Below, one piece after another: positions 40,881-53,802 of a stretch of DNA of 64,000 bases. A model generated the notes under the pieces. It made no database searches. It was given only the letters and a program-made list of their open reading frames with translations, and was not told where the DNA came from. Origin of the DNA: Phaeosaccion multiseriatum (taxonomy: Eukaryota > Protista > Ochrophyta, other classes); contig OZ218965.1 of NCBI GenBank assembly GCA_965112735.1, positions 1,364,001 to 1,428,000 of the forward strand, in the 5' to 3' direction. The number at the start of each line of letters is the position of its first letter. The first letter of the stretch is position 1. The translations under genes were made by a program, and so were the position numbers.

Positions 40881-42548
40881 AGCAAGACAAAGCCACAGCC
40901 TTGTCGATCTCGAGCAGCACCACCCCCCAGGGACCAGGGGTAGGAGTAGGACAGTTGGTGGTACACGCTCGGTACACGTAAGCTTACGTACGTACCCGTG
41001 CCCCAAAGCTTCGAACGTTGCCCTCCTTCAGCAAGTTCCCCGTCCCATCTTCCCCGTAGCTGATGGTGAAGACTCTCTCCGGCCGCTGCTCGGTGAGTCC
41101 CTCCTCCTCCGTTTGCTCTTGCTGCTGATGCTGATGCTGATACTGATGCGCATGATGATGAGGAGGAATTTCGTCACGACTCTCAGGTCTTCTCTCCTCC
41201 TCCGCCCGGCATCTCCGTGCCTCTCCCCTTCCTCGGCCTTGGCCTTGCCCGTTGTCCTCGCCCTGCGGCTCCTCCTGCACGCTCCCACCACCTTCCTCCT
41301 TTTCAGTCGTCCCTTTCCTCCTCTTCTCTCCTCCGACTGGCTCTTCGTCTGTTGAAACTGCTGCTGCCACCGTCCCTGCCGTGGCCGTTACCGCCGCAAC
41401 TTCTTCACCCCGCCCCTCTCCGTCCTCTCCGTCTTCGAAACAGACGTGACAGACGGCTTCCAGTGCTTCGACCCACCAATCACTACCCTCCGCGGCAACG
41501 CTTGCGTCCGCTCCTTCCGACAGGGTGATACCCCATGCCCGCATCTGGGGGGGTGGGTGGTGTCGGTGGTATGCTGAAGAAGAGCTTTGATTGGTTTCTT
41601 CACTGGAAGCCACATCTCCATTCTGAGGGGAACAGGTGGCGGTGGTGCCGCCCCCCCCTCCTTCTCCTTCTCCTTCTGCTGCCATCTGTGCTCGTCTTGC
41701 CCCCTGCCCTTGCCGAACCCCTTGCTGATAATGCTGCCACATTAGGTACTCGGTGAAGCCTCCCGGCCCGCCGCACAAGTCAACAAACGCGACTCCCTCC
41801 TCCGGCTGCTGCCCAAGGCCTCCTCCTCCTCCTCCTCCTCCTCTTTCTCCCCTTGCAGCGAACCAAGCGCCCGGACTCTCGACGCTACCATTGGTTGGGG
41901 AAGCACCTAGCGTGCCACATAACTGCTCCGCTCCCCCATGCTGCAGAATGTAGTCAATGTTCGCGAGCTTCACTGCACTTCGGTTGAGGAAAGGTCCTTT
42001 CCCGATTCGCTCCAAAGGGTTCGCTGTCGCCCTGGCCTGACGGAAGAGCCACCCTGTGAGGACAAGAGACAGGAAGAAGTAAAGAGGGAAGGCTGGTGGG
42101 GGGGGGGGGGGGAGTGGCAGACAAACAAGAGAAAGTTTAACGCACCCGGTAGGGCCTCAAAGCTGGCCTTCATCGCCGCCAGCCTCTCACTCTGTATATT
42201 TCGCTCCGAGCAGCGATGAAAATCTCTCCCATCCTTGCTGCTCGCTTGCTGGTGATGCGGCGTCTGTCGTAATGATTCTGTCTTGTGTCCTTGTCCTTGA
42301 GGCCGGAGTGCGGCTCCTACACACTCCAGGGCCTCCTCTGCCTCCGCGACGGTGGATGGTCCCACAAACCAAGGAATCCCAAAGCAGTCTATGCAAAGCC
42401 TTCCGAGCGGCAATCCCGCGTCTGTGAAGGAGGCCCCACTCCGGCCCACCTCCAGGCTCGCCCACGCCATCAAAGGAATCTTGCCTCTCCCCGGCGAGAC
42501 TCCATCTTTGCTGCTCCTTCCTTGCTCCTCCGTTCTCCGCCTCTTCAT
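39664..42548 (-). CDS. FtsJ/RrmJ-family cap-specific 2'-O-ribose methyltransferase (CMTR1-like), 4 exons
   Basis: Exons 42548-42146, 42053-40996, 40769-40626, 40425-39664. Motifs: ARATANPLE, FLNRSAVKLANID, FVDLCGGPGGFTEY, WGITL, YGEDGTGNL, VADGG, GGTFIVKVF, KPVSSRPASAESYLLC. The K-D-K-E catalytic tetrad appears intact. Confidence 0.88.
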
Positions 42549-42804
42549 TCTAGGACTTGCAATCCAGAGAGAGAGAGAGAGAGAGAGACGGAAGAGAGGA
42601 TAGAGAGAGCCAAGTGGGTAAAAGTAAAGGACGGCACGCGAAACTGAAACTCACGCATTGACCCCCAATCCAATCCAATCTCCAATCCCCCCCTCTCCCT
42701 CTCTCTCTCTCTCTCCCTCTATTCCCTCGATCGTCCTGAATATGTGAAGTCCTTATAGCCGCAACACTTTGCCACAGCGGGAGGGCAGCGATTTAGAGGC
42801 TGCA

Positions 42805-45800
42805 ATGGCGGCTCCCTCGTTTAACTTCGGCTTCGGCGCGCCACCCGCATCCTCGTCTGCAGCAGAGAAGGGGACGGGATTTGGCTTTGGTGCTCCAGCG
42901 AGCTTTCCCGCGCAGTCAGCATTCGGGGGCTTTGCAGCGGGTGGCGGACCTGGTGGTGAGGGGGGTACCACCGCCAATAGCAGCAGTGTTTTGGGTGCGA
43001 AGACTGGAGTTGGGGGCGGATTTGGTGCCGGGCTTGCTTCTTCCAGCGCCAATATACGTAGTGCGGATAACGACGGGGAGGAGGGCCCGCCAAAGGTGGG
43101 CACCGCGCAAGGGTGGGCGTGGCGGGGTCCGTCTGACCTCGCCATCGCCCTCCCCGGAGGAGAGTGTCGCAGCTTCGCGGGGTACGTGGGGGAAGAGATT
43201 GTGCAGCTTGCGGTGGACTCGGCTGCCGTGTTTGGGCAGCTCAATAAGACAGACAGGAGCAGGTCTCGGCTTTGGCTCTCCTCCCGAGACTACCGGAGCA
43301 ACCTCGAAACCTGCGTCAACAGGCTCGAAGAGAGGGCCGTCTCTTTTGAGCAGATTGAAAACGCCAAAGCGGCTGCAGCTATCGATGGCTTGAACGGCGC
43401 CCTCGTGTTGCTGATGCGCATCTGGCATCTAGCAGAGATCTTCATGATAGCCCCGACTGACCGCCCTGCGGGGATGTTCGCGGCGGACTGGGTGCTGGAC
43501 TTGGTCAAGGTGGAGCAAGTAGGCAAGATACAGGACCTGTACGACGAATTTGAAGACCACTGCAGCAACTACGGTTATGGGGGGGGTCCGCCAGAGGACT
43601 ACCCCGCCTACTGGGAGCTGTGCCGGCGGCTGCTGCTGAGGGGAGAGGCGAAGGAGGCCGCAGGTGTCTTGTTCCGGCATAGTCAGTACGACCCGGACGG
43701 GCAGCAGCAGCAGGGGGGCGGGGGAGGGGATGGGGTGACGCAGAGCGCTGTGGCGATGTTGGTGGAGCTCTTGGAGGAGTTTCCAGAGGCCGAGCGAAGG
43801 GGCCAGCAGGAGTACAGCTACCTTGAGGAGGACTCATCCCCTGAAGAGGGGCAGCAACAGCAGCAGCAGCACCACCACCACCACCAGCAGTTGGTGATAC
43901 AGCGGCGGCAAATGGACCTGGAAGAGGACGACGACGCTGCCACAGGGCGGGATGGTGGAGTAGCCAAGCGGCATGTGGCGTCTCGCATGCTCGATAGAGA
44001 TGTACGTAGATGGGTTGCGCGGTGCGAGCAAGCAGGGCGCTATGTGGGAGACAGCGAACTCGGAGCAGAGCTTAGTCTCATCTGCCGAATCGCTGCGGGG
44101 GAGGAGCGGGTCATTCAGAAGATCTGCGTCATGCATGAGATCGGCTGGCAGGGGCTGCTGGCGGCACAGCTCATCTTCTCCGTCCCGTCTGCGAGCAACG
44201 ACGAGATTCGCAGGCGCACGACCGCGGCTCGCGAGGAGCTTGCTCCCACCGCGACATCAAGTACAGGCAGCGCCGCAAAGGCCAAAGAGATTGAGGAGCA
44301 CACCCTCTTGGTGGAGAAGGTGATGCCTGCGTGTATGGACGGGGCCGCGGGGAAGATTGTGCAAGTGGTGGCAGCTATGCAATCGCAGGGGGCTGAGGGC
44401 CTCTCCACAGCGGCCAGCCTGGCGCATCTTGCCGACCTCCTCACCAGCGCGGGCGTGCTTCCCGAACAAGCTCTACTGCACGACGAGGACGAGCAGGACA
44501 ACACCGGTCTGGTGGAGCGTCTCTACCTCCGATACGCCGAGCTGCTCTTTGCACTGCCCACAGGCGGTTGGGAGGTGGCGGCGAGGTATCTAGAGGATGG
44601 CCACGCCTGCCCCGTGTTGGGCCATGGCACGCTGGCCACTCTCCTGGGCACGGTGGGGGCACCTGCATCGGAGCGGCAATGTCGGGAGCTCTTCAGTTTC
44701 ATGCGGAGGAGGGGCGCAGCATTGGAGGGGGAGGCCCGGCAGCTGTGTCGAGCAAGAGCGGTGTATTGGCAGAGTAAGGGAAAGCTCAACTCCGCCACGT
44801 ACTGGTTGCTCCGGGGCGGCGGCGGCAGTCGGCTGGAGCTCCTCGCCTCAGACCTGTGCGAAGCACTCATGATGGCTACGGAGACGGTGCTCCACGCGGC
44901 GGGAGAGGGCAAGGAGGAGGAGAAGAGGCTACTCCAGGTGAGAAGGGTAGTGTGAGTGCAAAGTGTCTGTTGCTTCGTTTGAAGGGAATGAAAAGTAGTT
45001 AGTTAGTTAGTTAGTTAGTTAGTAGTAGTAGTAGTAGTAGTAGTGTGCATAGTTAGTGCAAGCATCAGCCAGGCACGAGGTGTGAATCTTCTATGGTGGG
45101 TGGTTCGGTGTGTGGGGTTCGTTCGGGGCCGTGGGGCTACGCTTCTACGCTCATGCGGCTGCTCCGCGTTGCCTCCTTGAGCTCACTCACGACCCCCTCT
45201 TTCGTGAAGCCCCACCTCTCTCTTTCTTGAATTGATTCAACCGTCTACCTTCCCTCTCCACTCCACTTAATCCAGCCCCTCCTCCCCCCCCTCCGCTGCC
45301 ATCCGCTGCCATCTGCAGGTCATGGCCCAGGCGGACGGCGTGCTGGCGGCGATACCCAGCAACGAGCAGCTCCTGGCCAGCAAGGAGCTCATGTGTCTAG
45401 AGAGGTACCGGGACCTGGTGGGGGCCATGCAGGACCGGAAACCGCCACCAGAGATTGCCATCCGCCTCGAGGCCATGCTCCGGGGCAAGGTAGCGTCAGA
45501 GAGGGTGTGGCCTCACTTCTTACGCATTGCCCTACCGCTCCTGCGCCACTCGAGCTCGAGTTCTTCATCGCCCTCCTACTCCTCCTCCTCCTCTTCGTGG
45601 TTGACACCGCCTCCTCCGTCGTGTCAGCGCCCCGGGACTTCGTTCAGCTCTGCCCAGACAAGAACCTTGCTCAAGTGCTTGATGCGCTTGGTGCTCACTC
45701 CTCGCAAGTGGAGGGCAATACGGCAGAACCGAGCTCGCAGAGGAGATGGGGAGGGAGAGGGAGAGGGGGAGGAAGGTGGTGGGGAGGACGGAGAGGACAG

Positions 45801-46092
45801 CGATGAGGATGAGGAGCGGGTCACGGGGGGTGTGGAGGTGGAGCCGGGCCCACTGGGGACGCTCAGTCATGACGAGGTTGAGCAGCTGCAGTTGGCGATT
45901 TCACAAAACATGGCGGCCAGCGTAATAGCGGAGGGTATAGCAGGGGCAGAGCAGTCGGCAGCGGCGATGGCAGCGGCGAAGGAGGAGGCGGGGAAGGGCC
46001 GGGTGGGCAGACGGGAGGAGGAACAGCACCAGCCTCGGGTCTTCTTGACAGCCTCGGAATTGCTCGGGCCGTGCCTCACCATGGGTCTGTGA
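42805..46092 (+). CDS. NUP85: Nucleoporin Nup85-like, 2 exons
   Basis: Exons 42805-44937 and 45319-46092. Motifs typical of Nup85: IWHLAEIF, PEDYPAYWELCRRLLLRG, LICRIAAGE, WQGLLAAQL, AHLADLL, YAELLF..WEVAARYL..CP..G. Confidence 0.8.
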
Positions 46093-46267
46093 GGAGGTAG
46101 ATGCTGTTGTACGTGTATCGTCATCGAGCACATCCATCCTCTGCAATGGAAAGAGCGCCTTTCATTTTTTTTGGATGCTTACAGACTAGAATATAAAGCG
46201 ACAATTGCCCACCCGTGTGCAACTGACTGACCATATAGCGGCGGTTCCCCTCCTGCTGCACTGCCGA

Positions 46268-46897
46268 CTATGTCTCCTCGCCCTCCTCACTCTGAGATGC
46301 AGTGCCCCCCACACTGGCGCCGTTCAAACTAATATCCACCACGCGCAGCAGCGTGACTTGTCTGCGAAACCCGTTTTTTCGCTGCGAGTCCTTCCTCCTC
46401 CGCTTCTTGAACACGATGACCTTCTTATCTAACGTTTGCTCCTCCACAAAGAGCTTAACCACAGCGTTGGGCACGACAGGCCGGCCGATGATGGTGCTTT
46501 CTCGCGTGCCAACCAGCAGCACGTCTGTAATATCTTTCGTCTGCCCAATGTCTACATGCACCTTCTCCGCCACAATCACGTCGTCTTGCACCACCTTGTA
46601 CTGTGTGTTGCCCAGCTTGATGATTGCGAACAGCGGGGCCACCCCCTCGCCCACCATCTCTGGGAAGGCTGCTCTCGTCTTGGGAGGCGCAGGGTGGTTC
46701 ACAATGGTTTGCCTGATCTGCTGCGCCCCTCCTCCTAACGTGCTTTGCTCTCTCGTTTGGCTGCTGCACTGCCTCTCCAGTCGCTCCAGGCATGGCAGCA
46801 GCAGGGACTGACCGGAGAACACCCGTCCGAGCTCAGCCGCCCTCGCAAGAGGTCTTTTTGCAGTGGCCAGTCCGCGCGCTGCCCTCGACACGAACAT
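46268..46897 (-). CDS. MRPL21: Mitochondrial ribosomal protein bL21m, intronless
   Basis: Arg/Ala-rich presequence MFVSRAARGLATAKRPLARAA. L21 domain: LFAIIKLGNTQYKV...DVLLVGT...IGRP...KKVIVFKKRRRKDSQRKNGFRRQVTLLRV. Confidence 0.93.
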   Translation of the reverse strand: MFVSRAARGLATAKRPLARAAELGRVFSGQSLLLPCLERLERQCSSQTREQSTLGGGAQQIRQTIVNHPAPPKTRAAFPEMVGEGVAPLFAIIKLGNTQYKVVQDDVIVAEKVHVDIGQTKDITDVLLVGTRESTIIGRPVVPNAVVKLFVEEQTLDKKVIVFKKRRRKDSQRKNGFRRQVTLLRVVDISLNGASVGGTASQSEEGEET

Positions 46898-47167
46898 CCT
46901 CTGCTGCCCACGCCTCCTCCAGTTCGCTGTTCTCACGCCTTCTAGTCGGCCTCTACGCCTCCTCCAAGCCCTTCTCTGTTTGTCAATGCTCTTTACCACA
47001 TCAAAGCAGCAAGGCAAAAAATTTCCACCTCCAGTTTCTTTCGGGAGGTCCCCTCGGGTACGTGTTTTTGGTCTGCGTTCCGGCCAAGCATACGAAAAAC
47101 ACACATCTAAGCCCTTTGGCCCTGCAGCCGAGACGGACACCTCTCTCACGTGAGAGCGGAGGAGGAG
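46898..47167. promoter_or_regulatory. Putative bidirectional promoter between MRPL21 and plastid EF-G
   Basis: 270 bp between divergent start codons. No specific promoter element was identified. Confidence 0.55.
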
Positions 47168-50100
47168 ATGAAGTCCTTCGGTGTGTGTGTGGCGCTTGGG
47201 GTCGGCCTCGGCCTTCCCTCGGCGGCAGATGCCTTCGCCCCAATGGCAAGCTCGCTGGCCACCTCACATAAGAGCAACCAGTGGACGCAGAGGCAGACGG
47301 GGGTCAAGAGCAGCAGGAGAGGGTCCCCCATGGCCATGGCGGCCGAGGCAGCCGAGGCAGCCGAAACAGCCACTGGTACGATGTCTTAGTCTGTCGTGAT
47401 TGTTCTTGACGCATGTTGGGCGAGGGAAGGAGGCAGCCTGACTTCGTTTCATTTCGCCTCGGCTGCTGGAGTCCCTCACCCACGTATTCGTTGTGTCCAC
47501 CAAGCGGTTTGCCTACTACTAAGCGACCACTCGTCTCTCATTATCCAGCGCTACTATCCCATCCATCCATGCATGCGCTCCTACCCGTGCACGCGGACTG
47601 GACCTGCCACCTCACACCACCCCCCCACGTCCTTCTCCCTTCACCACAGCAGCCGCCCCCATGCGCGAGCCGCTTCCCCACAAGGCCTCCCCGCTGCGTC
47701 AGGTGGACCTGGATAGGTACCGCAACATCGGTGCGTAATGAGCAAGGTGTTTGTTTTGCTTGGTTTGGTTGTGCTGTGTGTGTGGCTCAACCGACGCGGT
47801 GGCGATGACTCCGTATTGCATCGCTGTGGGTGGGTGGGTCTCCTTTCACCCTGTAGCTGGCAGAGCTTCGACTGATTCCTCGCCTGTGGTCCTTCCTTTT
47901 TCGGACTATTGACCTCTCTTGCTCCACCTCCCTCCCCACACTTGCATCACTGCCGGAACTTCACCTGCACGCACGCATGGATCAAACAAAACGTAACAGG
48001 AATCATGGGTAAGTGGGGAGAGAGCCGTCACCTTGGACTGGACCATGCAGACTCGTCTCTGATGGTCACCACGCCGATGTCCTGTCACACCATCCGTCCT
48101 GCCTGTGGCCCTCGCGACCTATTCCCGTTCTCGTTCTCGCCTCCCCTCAAACCTCCTTCCACACCCACCCACAGCATGTGCTGTCTCTCTTTCTTTAACC
48201 ACGACATGTGCTCGTGTCACGTTGTGCTTGTGTGTGATGCGAGACTGACATCATACCTGTGGTCATGTGTTCTCGCACCTAGCCTCCTGTCCCTCCACCC
48301 CTTCACCTCACCCCCCCCCTCCTCCATAATGTTCGATCTGACAACCCTTAAACCCTCCCCACCACACCACCACCCCATCCCTCCTCTCCCTTCCCCTCCC
48401 CTCAGCTCACATCGACGCCGGAAAGACGACAACGACGGAGCGAATCCTCTTCTACACGGGAAAGTCTTACAAGATTGGCGAAGTGCACGACGGAGGCGCA
48501 ACGATGGACTGGATGGAGCAGGAGCAGGAGAGGGGCATTACCATCACCTCTGCCGCCACAACTTGCGAGTGGCTGGACCACCGCATTAATATTATCGACA
48601 CCCCCGGTCACGTGGACTTCACGCTGGAGGTGGAGCGATCCCTGCGTGTGCTCGATGGAGCGGTTGCGGTGTTTGACGGAGTGGCTGGGGTAGAGCCCCA
48701 GTCAGAGACGGTGTGGCGACAGGCAGACAAGTACGGCGTGCCGCGCATGTGTTTCATCAACAAGATGGACCGCACGGGCGCCAACTTTTACCGATGTGTG
48801 GACATGATTACCGACAACCTCAAGTCCGTCCCTTTGCTGCTGCAGCTGCCCATTGGCCAGGAGGAGATGTTTAAGGGAATCATTGACCTCGTCAGCATGG
48901 AGGCTGTGACCTGGAACGGAGAGGAGATGGGCGCAACCTACGAGCGAGTGCCTCTGGCCGACGCCCCTGTCGACGAAGTGCTGACCCAAGAGCTCAAGGA
49001 CTCGGCCCAGGCCTACCACGAGACGCTTGTGGAGCAGGCAGTCGAGATGGAGGACGACGCCCTCATGGCCTACCTCGATGGCACGGAGCCAAGCATCGAG
49101 ACTCTTAGACGGTGTATCCGCAAGGGAACCATCGACAGCTCCTTTGTGCCTGTGGTGACCGGCACGGCCTTCAAGAACAAGGGCGTCCAACCCCTGCTGG
49201 ATGCAGTCATCTACTACATGCCGTCGCCAGTGGACGTGCCGGCCATTAAAGGAGTGTCTCCGGACGGAGAGGTGCCAATGAGCCGAGGCTCCAGCGATGC
49301 CGAGCCCTTCTCCTGCCTGGCCTTCAAGATTATGACCGATCCCTTCGTAGGCACCCTCACCTTCGCTCGAGTGTACTCTGGCACCCTGGAGGCCGGTTCG
49401 TCGGTATGGAACTCCGTCAAGGGTAAGAACGAGCGCGTGGGACGCATGCTGCAGATGCACGCCAACGACCGAGAGGAGGTGAAGAGCGCTGTGGCCGGAG
49501 ACATTATCGCCCTGTGCGGACTCAAGGACACGACCACTGGAGAGACGCTGTGCGTGAAGGACGAGGAGATTATCCTCGAGAAGATGGACTTCCCCGAGCC
49601 GGTCATCAAGGTGAGAGGGGAGGGTGTGGTGTTTTTGACTGGTGTTTGATGTTCTGTTCGCTTTGGGAGTTTCTTACTGTGGGGACAGAATAAAGAGGGT
49701 GGGGACGTGCGGCGTGGTGGATGAGTGATCGTAAGGCCCTGGACCTCCTGCTGACTCAATTTCCCCTCTTCCCCTCTTCCCCTCCCCCCCCCCCCCACTC
49801 TCTCTCCCTTCCTCCTTCCTCCCCCCTCTCCCCACTCCACACCCCCCTTCCCAACAACCCTAGGTGGCCGTGGAGCCCAAGACCAAGGGTGATCAGGACA
49901 AAATGTCCATGGCCCTTGTGCGACTCGCCGCGGAGGACCCGTCCTTCCGCTTCTCGCGTGACGACGACTCGGGCCAGACCATCATTGAGGGCATGGGAGA
50001 GCTCCACTTGGACATTATCTGCGACCGAATGAAGAGAGAGTTCTCGGTCGAGTGCAACATTGGTGCCCCCCAGGTGAGGGAGGGGGACGGAGGAAGGGAG

Positions 50101-51276
50101 GAAAGGAGGAAGGGAGCGTCTTTTTTGTACGGAGACGCGAGCGAAGGACTGTTTTGTTTTGTTTCATATACTAGCACCCCGCTCACTGTTCCGTCTTTTC
50201 GTCGCTTTCTCTCGCCCTCCCTCTCATTCTCTCTCTCATTATCCACCCCGACCCAAAGGTGGCCTACCGTGAGGCCATTACCCAAGACGCTGAAGTGGAG
50301 TACACACACAAGAAGCAGTCTGGAGGATCTGGACAGTTTGCCAAGGTCAAGCTCACGTTCGAGCCCGTGGAGGCAGGCGCAGATGACGCCTTCCAGTTCA
50401 TCAGCGAGATTAAGGGAGGAGCAATCCCCAAGGAGTTCATCCCCGGAGTGCAGAAGGGAGTGGAGTCTGTGCTCAACAACGGAGTCATTGCCGGATTCCC
50501 TGTGCTGGGCATGAAGGCGACGCTGACGGACGGAGCGTTCCACGATGTGGATTCGTCCGTGATGGCGTTTGAGATTGCCGGGCGAATGGCTGCCAGGGAC
50601 GGACTTAAAAAGGCAAAGGCGCGTATTATGGAGCCCGTCATGAAGGTGAGAAGAAGAAGGAGGAGAAGGAGAGGAGGAGGAGAGGGAGGAGGAGGAGGGG
50701 GAGGTGGTGGAGGAGAGGGAGGAGGAGGAGAGGGAGGAGGAGGAGAGGGAGGAGGAGGAGAGGGAGGTGGAGGAGGAGAGGGAGGAGGGAGAGGAGGAGG
50801 AGGAGGAGGAGGAGGAGGGCCTCGTGAGTGTGTGCGTGTGTATATATGTGTGCCCATGATGAGGTAACAATGGGTGTGAAGAGCGCGCTTTCTACCCAGC
50901 TGCTGCTGTTCTTTCCTATTCCTGTGTTGTACTGTGTATGGTCCTCACTCACGTCTCCCCCCCACCTCACCCCACCCCAAAGGTCGATGTCATCACCCCT
51001 GAGGAGTTCATGGGAGACATCATCGGAGACATCAACTCCAGGCGAGGTACCATCGTCGAGCTGGGAGAGCGATCTGGTATCAAGACGGTGGAGGCCGAGG
51101 TGCCCCTGGCCAACATGTTCCAGTATGTTAGCAACCTGCGCTCCTCGTCGAAGGGCCGAGCCAACTATAGCATGCAGCTGTCCAAGTACGAGTTTGTGCC
51201 CGCAATGGTGGAGAAGGAGATTGTGGAGAAGTACGGAGGGGGCAAGCGAGGGTCGGTGGAGGAGCAAAACGAGTAA
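47168..51276 (+). CDS. fusA: Elongation factor G, plastid-targeted, 7 exons including a 9-nt microexon
   Basis: Exons 47168-47375, 47650-47730, 48000-48008, 48406-49610, 49864-50073, 50259-50645, 50983-51276. Motifs: [86 protein letters not shown]. The leader is a signal peptide followed by ADA-FAP. Confidence 0.97.
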
Positions 51277-52098
51277 GGGGAGAGGAGAGACGTCTTTCTG
51301 TCTTTCTTCTTCGATCCTTCCTTCCTTGCTTGCTTACTTACTTACTTACTTTTCCTTCCCCTTGTTTTCAATAGACTGTGGTGCGCGGGTGAGGGACGAA
51401 CGAAGGAACGGCACACAAGTGAACTAGAATTTTTGCTTCCCTCCGTAGATGCCGTTCTTTGGCTAGGAAGGCCGAAGGGGCTGGACTAGGATATATAAGT
51501 TAAGAGTACATAGAGGAAAAAAAGGAGAAGCATTTCAGCAGGGCGTCGAGAGACTTCATTTACGATCGACCGCTTTAATATCGGCCGCAGTTTCCGATTC
51601 TGGGCTCGTTGGAAGATGGCAACGGATGTGGAATCAACGACCTCCTCCTCCAATTGCCTTCCAAACTCTTTCGATGGCACCATCTCCAGCGGTCGAGGCT
51701 TGGGCAGCCGCTGCCAGGCACCGCTTGCTGCCCCTGGTGCTTTTTCTTTCGTCTTGCCTTGCTTTTGCTCTTTTTCTCACGTAAGTTGAACACCCTGGGA
51801 GAGGAGGGGAAGGAGTCGAGTGTCAATCGCTACACCCTTAACCAAACCAGTTCGTGCTTTCTTAACCCAGTCACGAGTCTCCACAAGGAGGAGCGACTGG
51901 GGCGGTGGGAGCGCAGCAGCACGCAGTAGGGGCCGCAGTAGCATCTCCTGTAGGGAGGTTTAGCGAAGGTGAGAGAGATGCCTTTTTGTCCAACGAGCAA
52001 GGGAAACAAAGCTGTGAGTGGGGTTGAAGTGAGCCACCCCATTCGAATGAACCCTCCCTCACACCTTCCCACCTCATCGTAAGGCACCAGGGTGGGTT

Positions 52099-53722
52099 AT
52101 GCTCCTTCTTTCCTTATTTTTTTTGGTGATGGCGCTCGCCGAGTTGAAGGCGAACGCCCGTTGGAGGGGCAAGCAGAGACGGGGGGCGGGATCAGAGCCG
52201 CTGGGGGGCTGGTCATGCTCTAAGATAGTGCCCTCACTTCCACCCACACACCACTCTTCCTGCTGTGTCCATGGGAATGCCCGCACACACAGACCGGCAA
52301 GCACGGGAGCAGAGAGAGTCATCATGGCAAGAGGAACAAGGACAGGAGGAGGAGGAGGAGGAGGAGGAGTCCTTCTTAATAGCAGGGAGGACACCATGGC
52401 AGAGACTGAAGCTCTTATTCAATGTGGGAGAAGACAGGGCGCTCAGGGCTGGCGCAAAAAGGGCTGGGAGGGACAAACCAGTAAGGGGTAAGCAACACAC
52501 AAGTATCAACGTTCAGGAGGTCGAGGCCCTGGATCTGAACCTGGAGGAGCAAGCGCCGGAACATAGTCTGCTTTGGGTACCCATTGACGTGGAGGGGACT
52601 CGGGATGACGTAAGTGTGTGAGATAGAAGGAAAAGGACAAGAGAGCAGAGGATGTGCAACGACTTTGTCTTCTCTCTATCTCTGTCTCTGTATCTCATTC
52701 ACTCTCCCACTCCCTCGCTCTCACCCTCTCTCTCTCTCTCCCTCTCTGTCTCTTCCCCTCTCTCTTTTCCCCTCTCTCAGTACATGAACAAGAACCCTAT
52801 CCTCCGCTTCTGCCTGGTCGATTATGGTGCCTATGCCGAAGCCCCGCACAACATTCCCATGTTTCAGTCACTTCTCAGCAAGTCAAAGTGCGGGACTCAG
52901 GAAGCTGCGAAGGGTATGCGAGGTGGGTCTGGTGAGGGGTCGGGCGAGGGAGTGGGAGTGTGGGCAAGGGGTGGAGGGGCTGGCTGACTGGGGCTTAGTG
53001 TTTGAGTTACACACACACAGAGAGAGAGATTCCATTCCTCCGCCTCACCAAGGCAGACAGAGCGAGGCGAGAGAGTCCTTTCCACTTTCTTGCCGGCAGA
53101 GACAAAAGAGAGGGAGAGAGAAGAGAGAAGGAGCGAGAAGTTAGGAGAGAGAGAGAGGGCGAGAGAGAGGGAGAGAGAGAGAGAGAGAGGGAGAGAGAGA
53201 TTACATTCCTCCGCCTCACGTAGGCAGAGATAGGCGAGAGAGAGAGAGAGTCCATTCCACTTCCTCGCAGAGGCAGAGGGACGGAAGAGTGACAGAGAGA
53301 GAAGGTAGGAGAGGGAGAGGGAGAACGATACATAAATATATATATATATATATATAGGGGGGGAGGGCAGCTTCATTGAGTGATTTCCGGTGTGTGAGGT
53401 GCTTTCTGTGACGGTTACATTGGCACCTTCCCTTCCCAGCAGCACCCCCTTCTCACCCCTTCCCCTCCTCCTGCCCCTCACACCCACCCCCCCCCCCCGT
53501 TCGCTCCGGTGCCGCAGTGGTGAAAATTACGTTGCAAAACGCATTGAAACAAGTCGAGGTAAGGGTAAGGCAATGTTGAGCTCCGTCTCTCCTTCTCAAT
53601 CCTCCCCATGAGCCATGCCCAGGTTCAGTTTCAGTTGATTGGTTCAACCACGACGAGAAGCTACCAAGCTCCCTCCCCCCATGCGGGTCAACAATACAAC
53701 TTCTTTCCTCTGTGCGTGTGCG

Positions 53723-53802
<80 letters not shown>

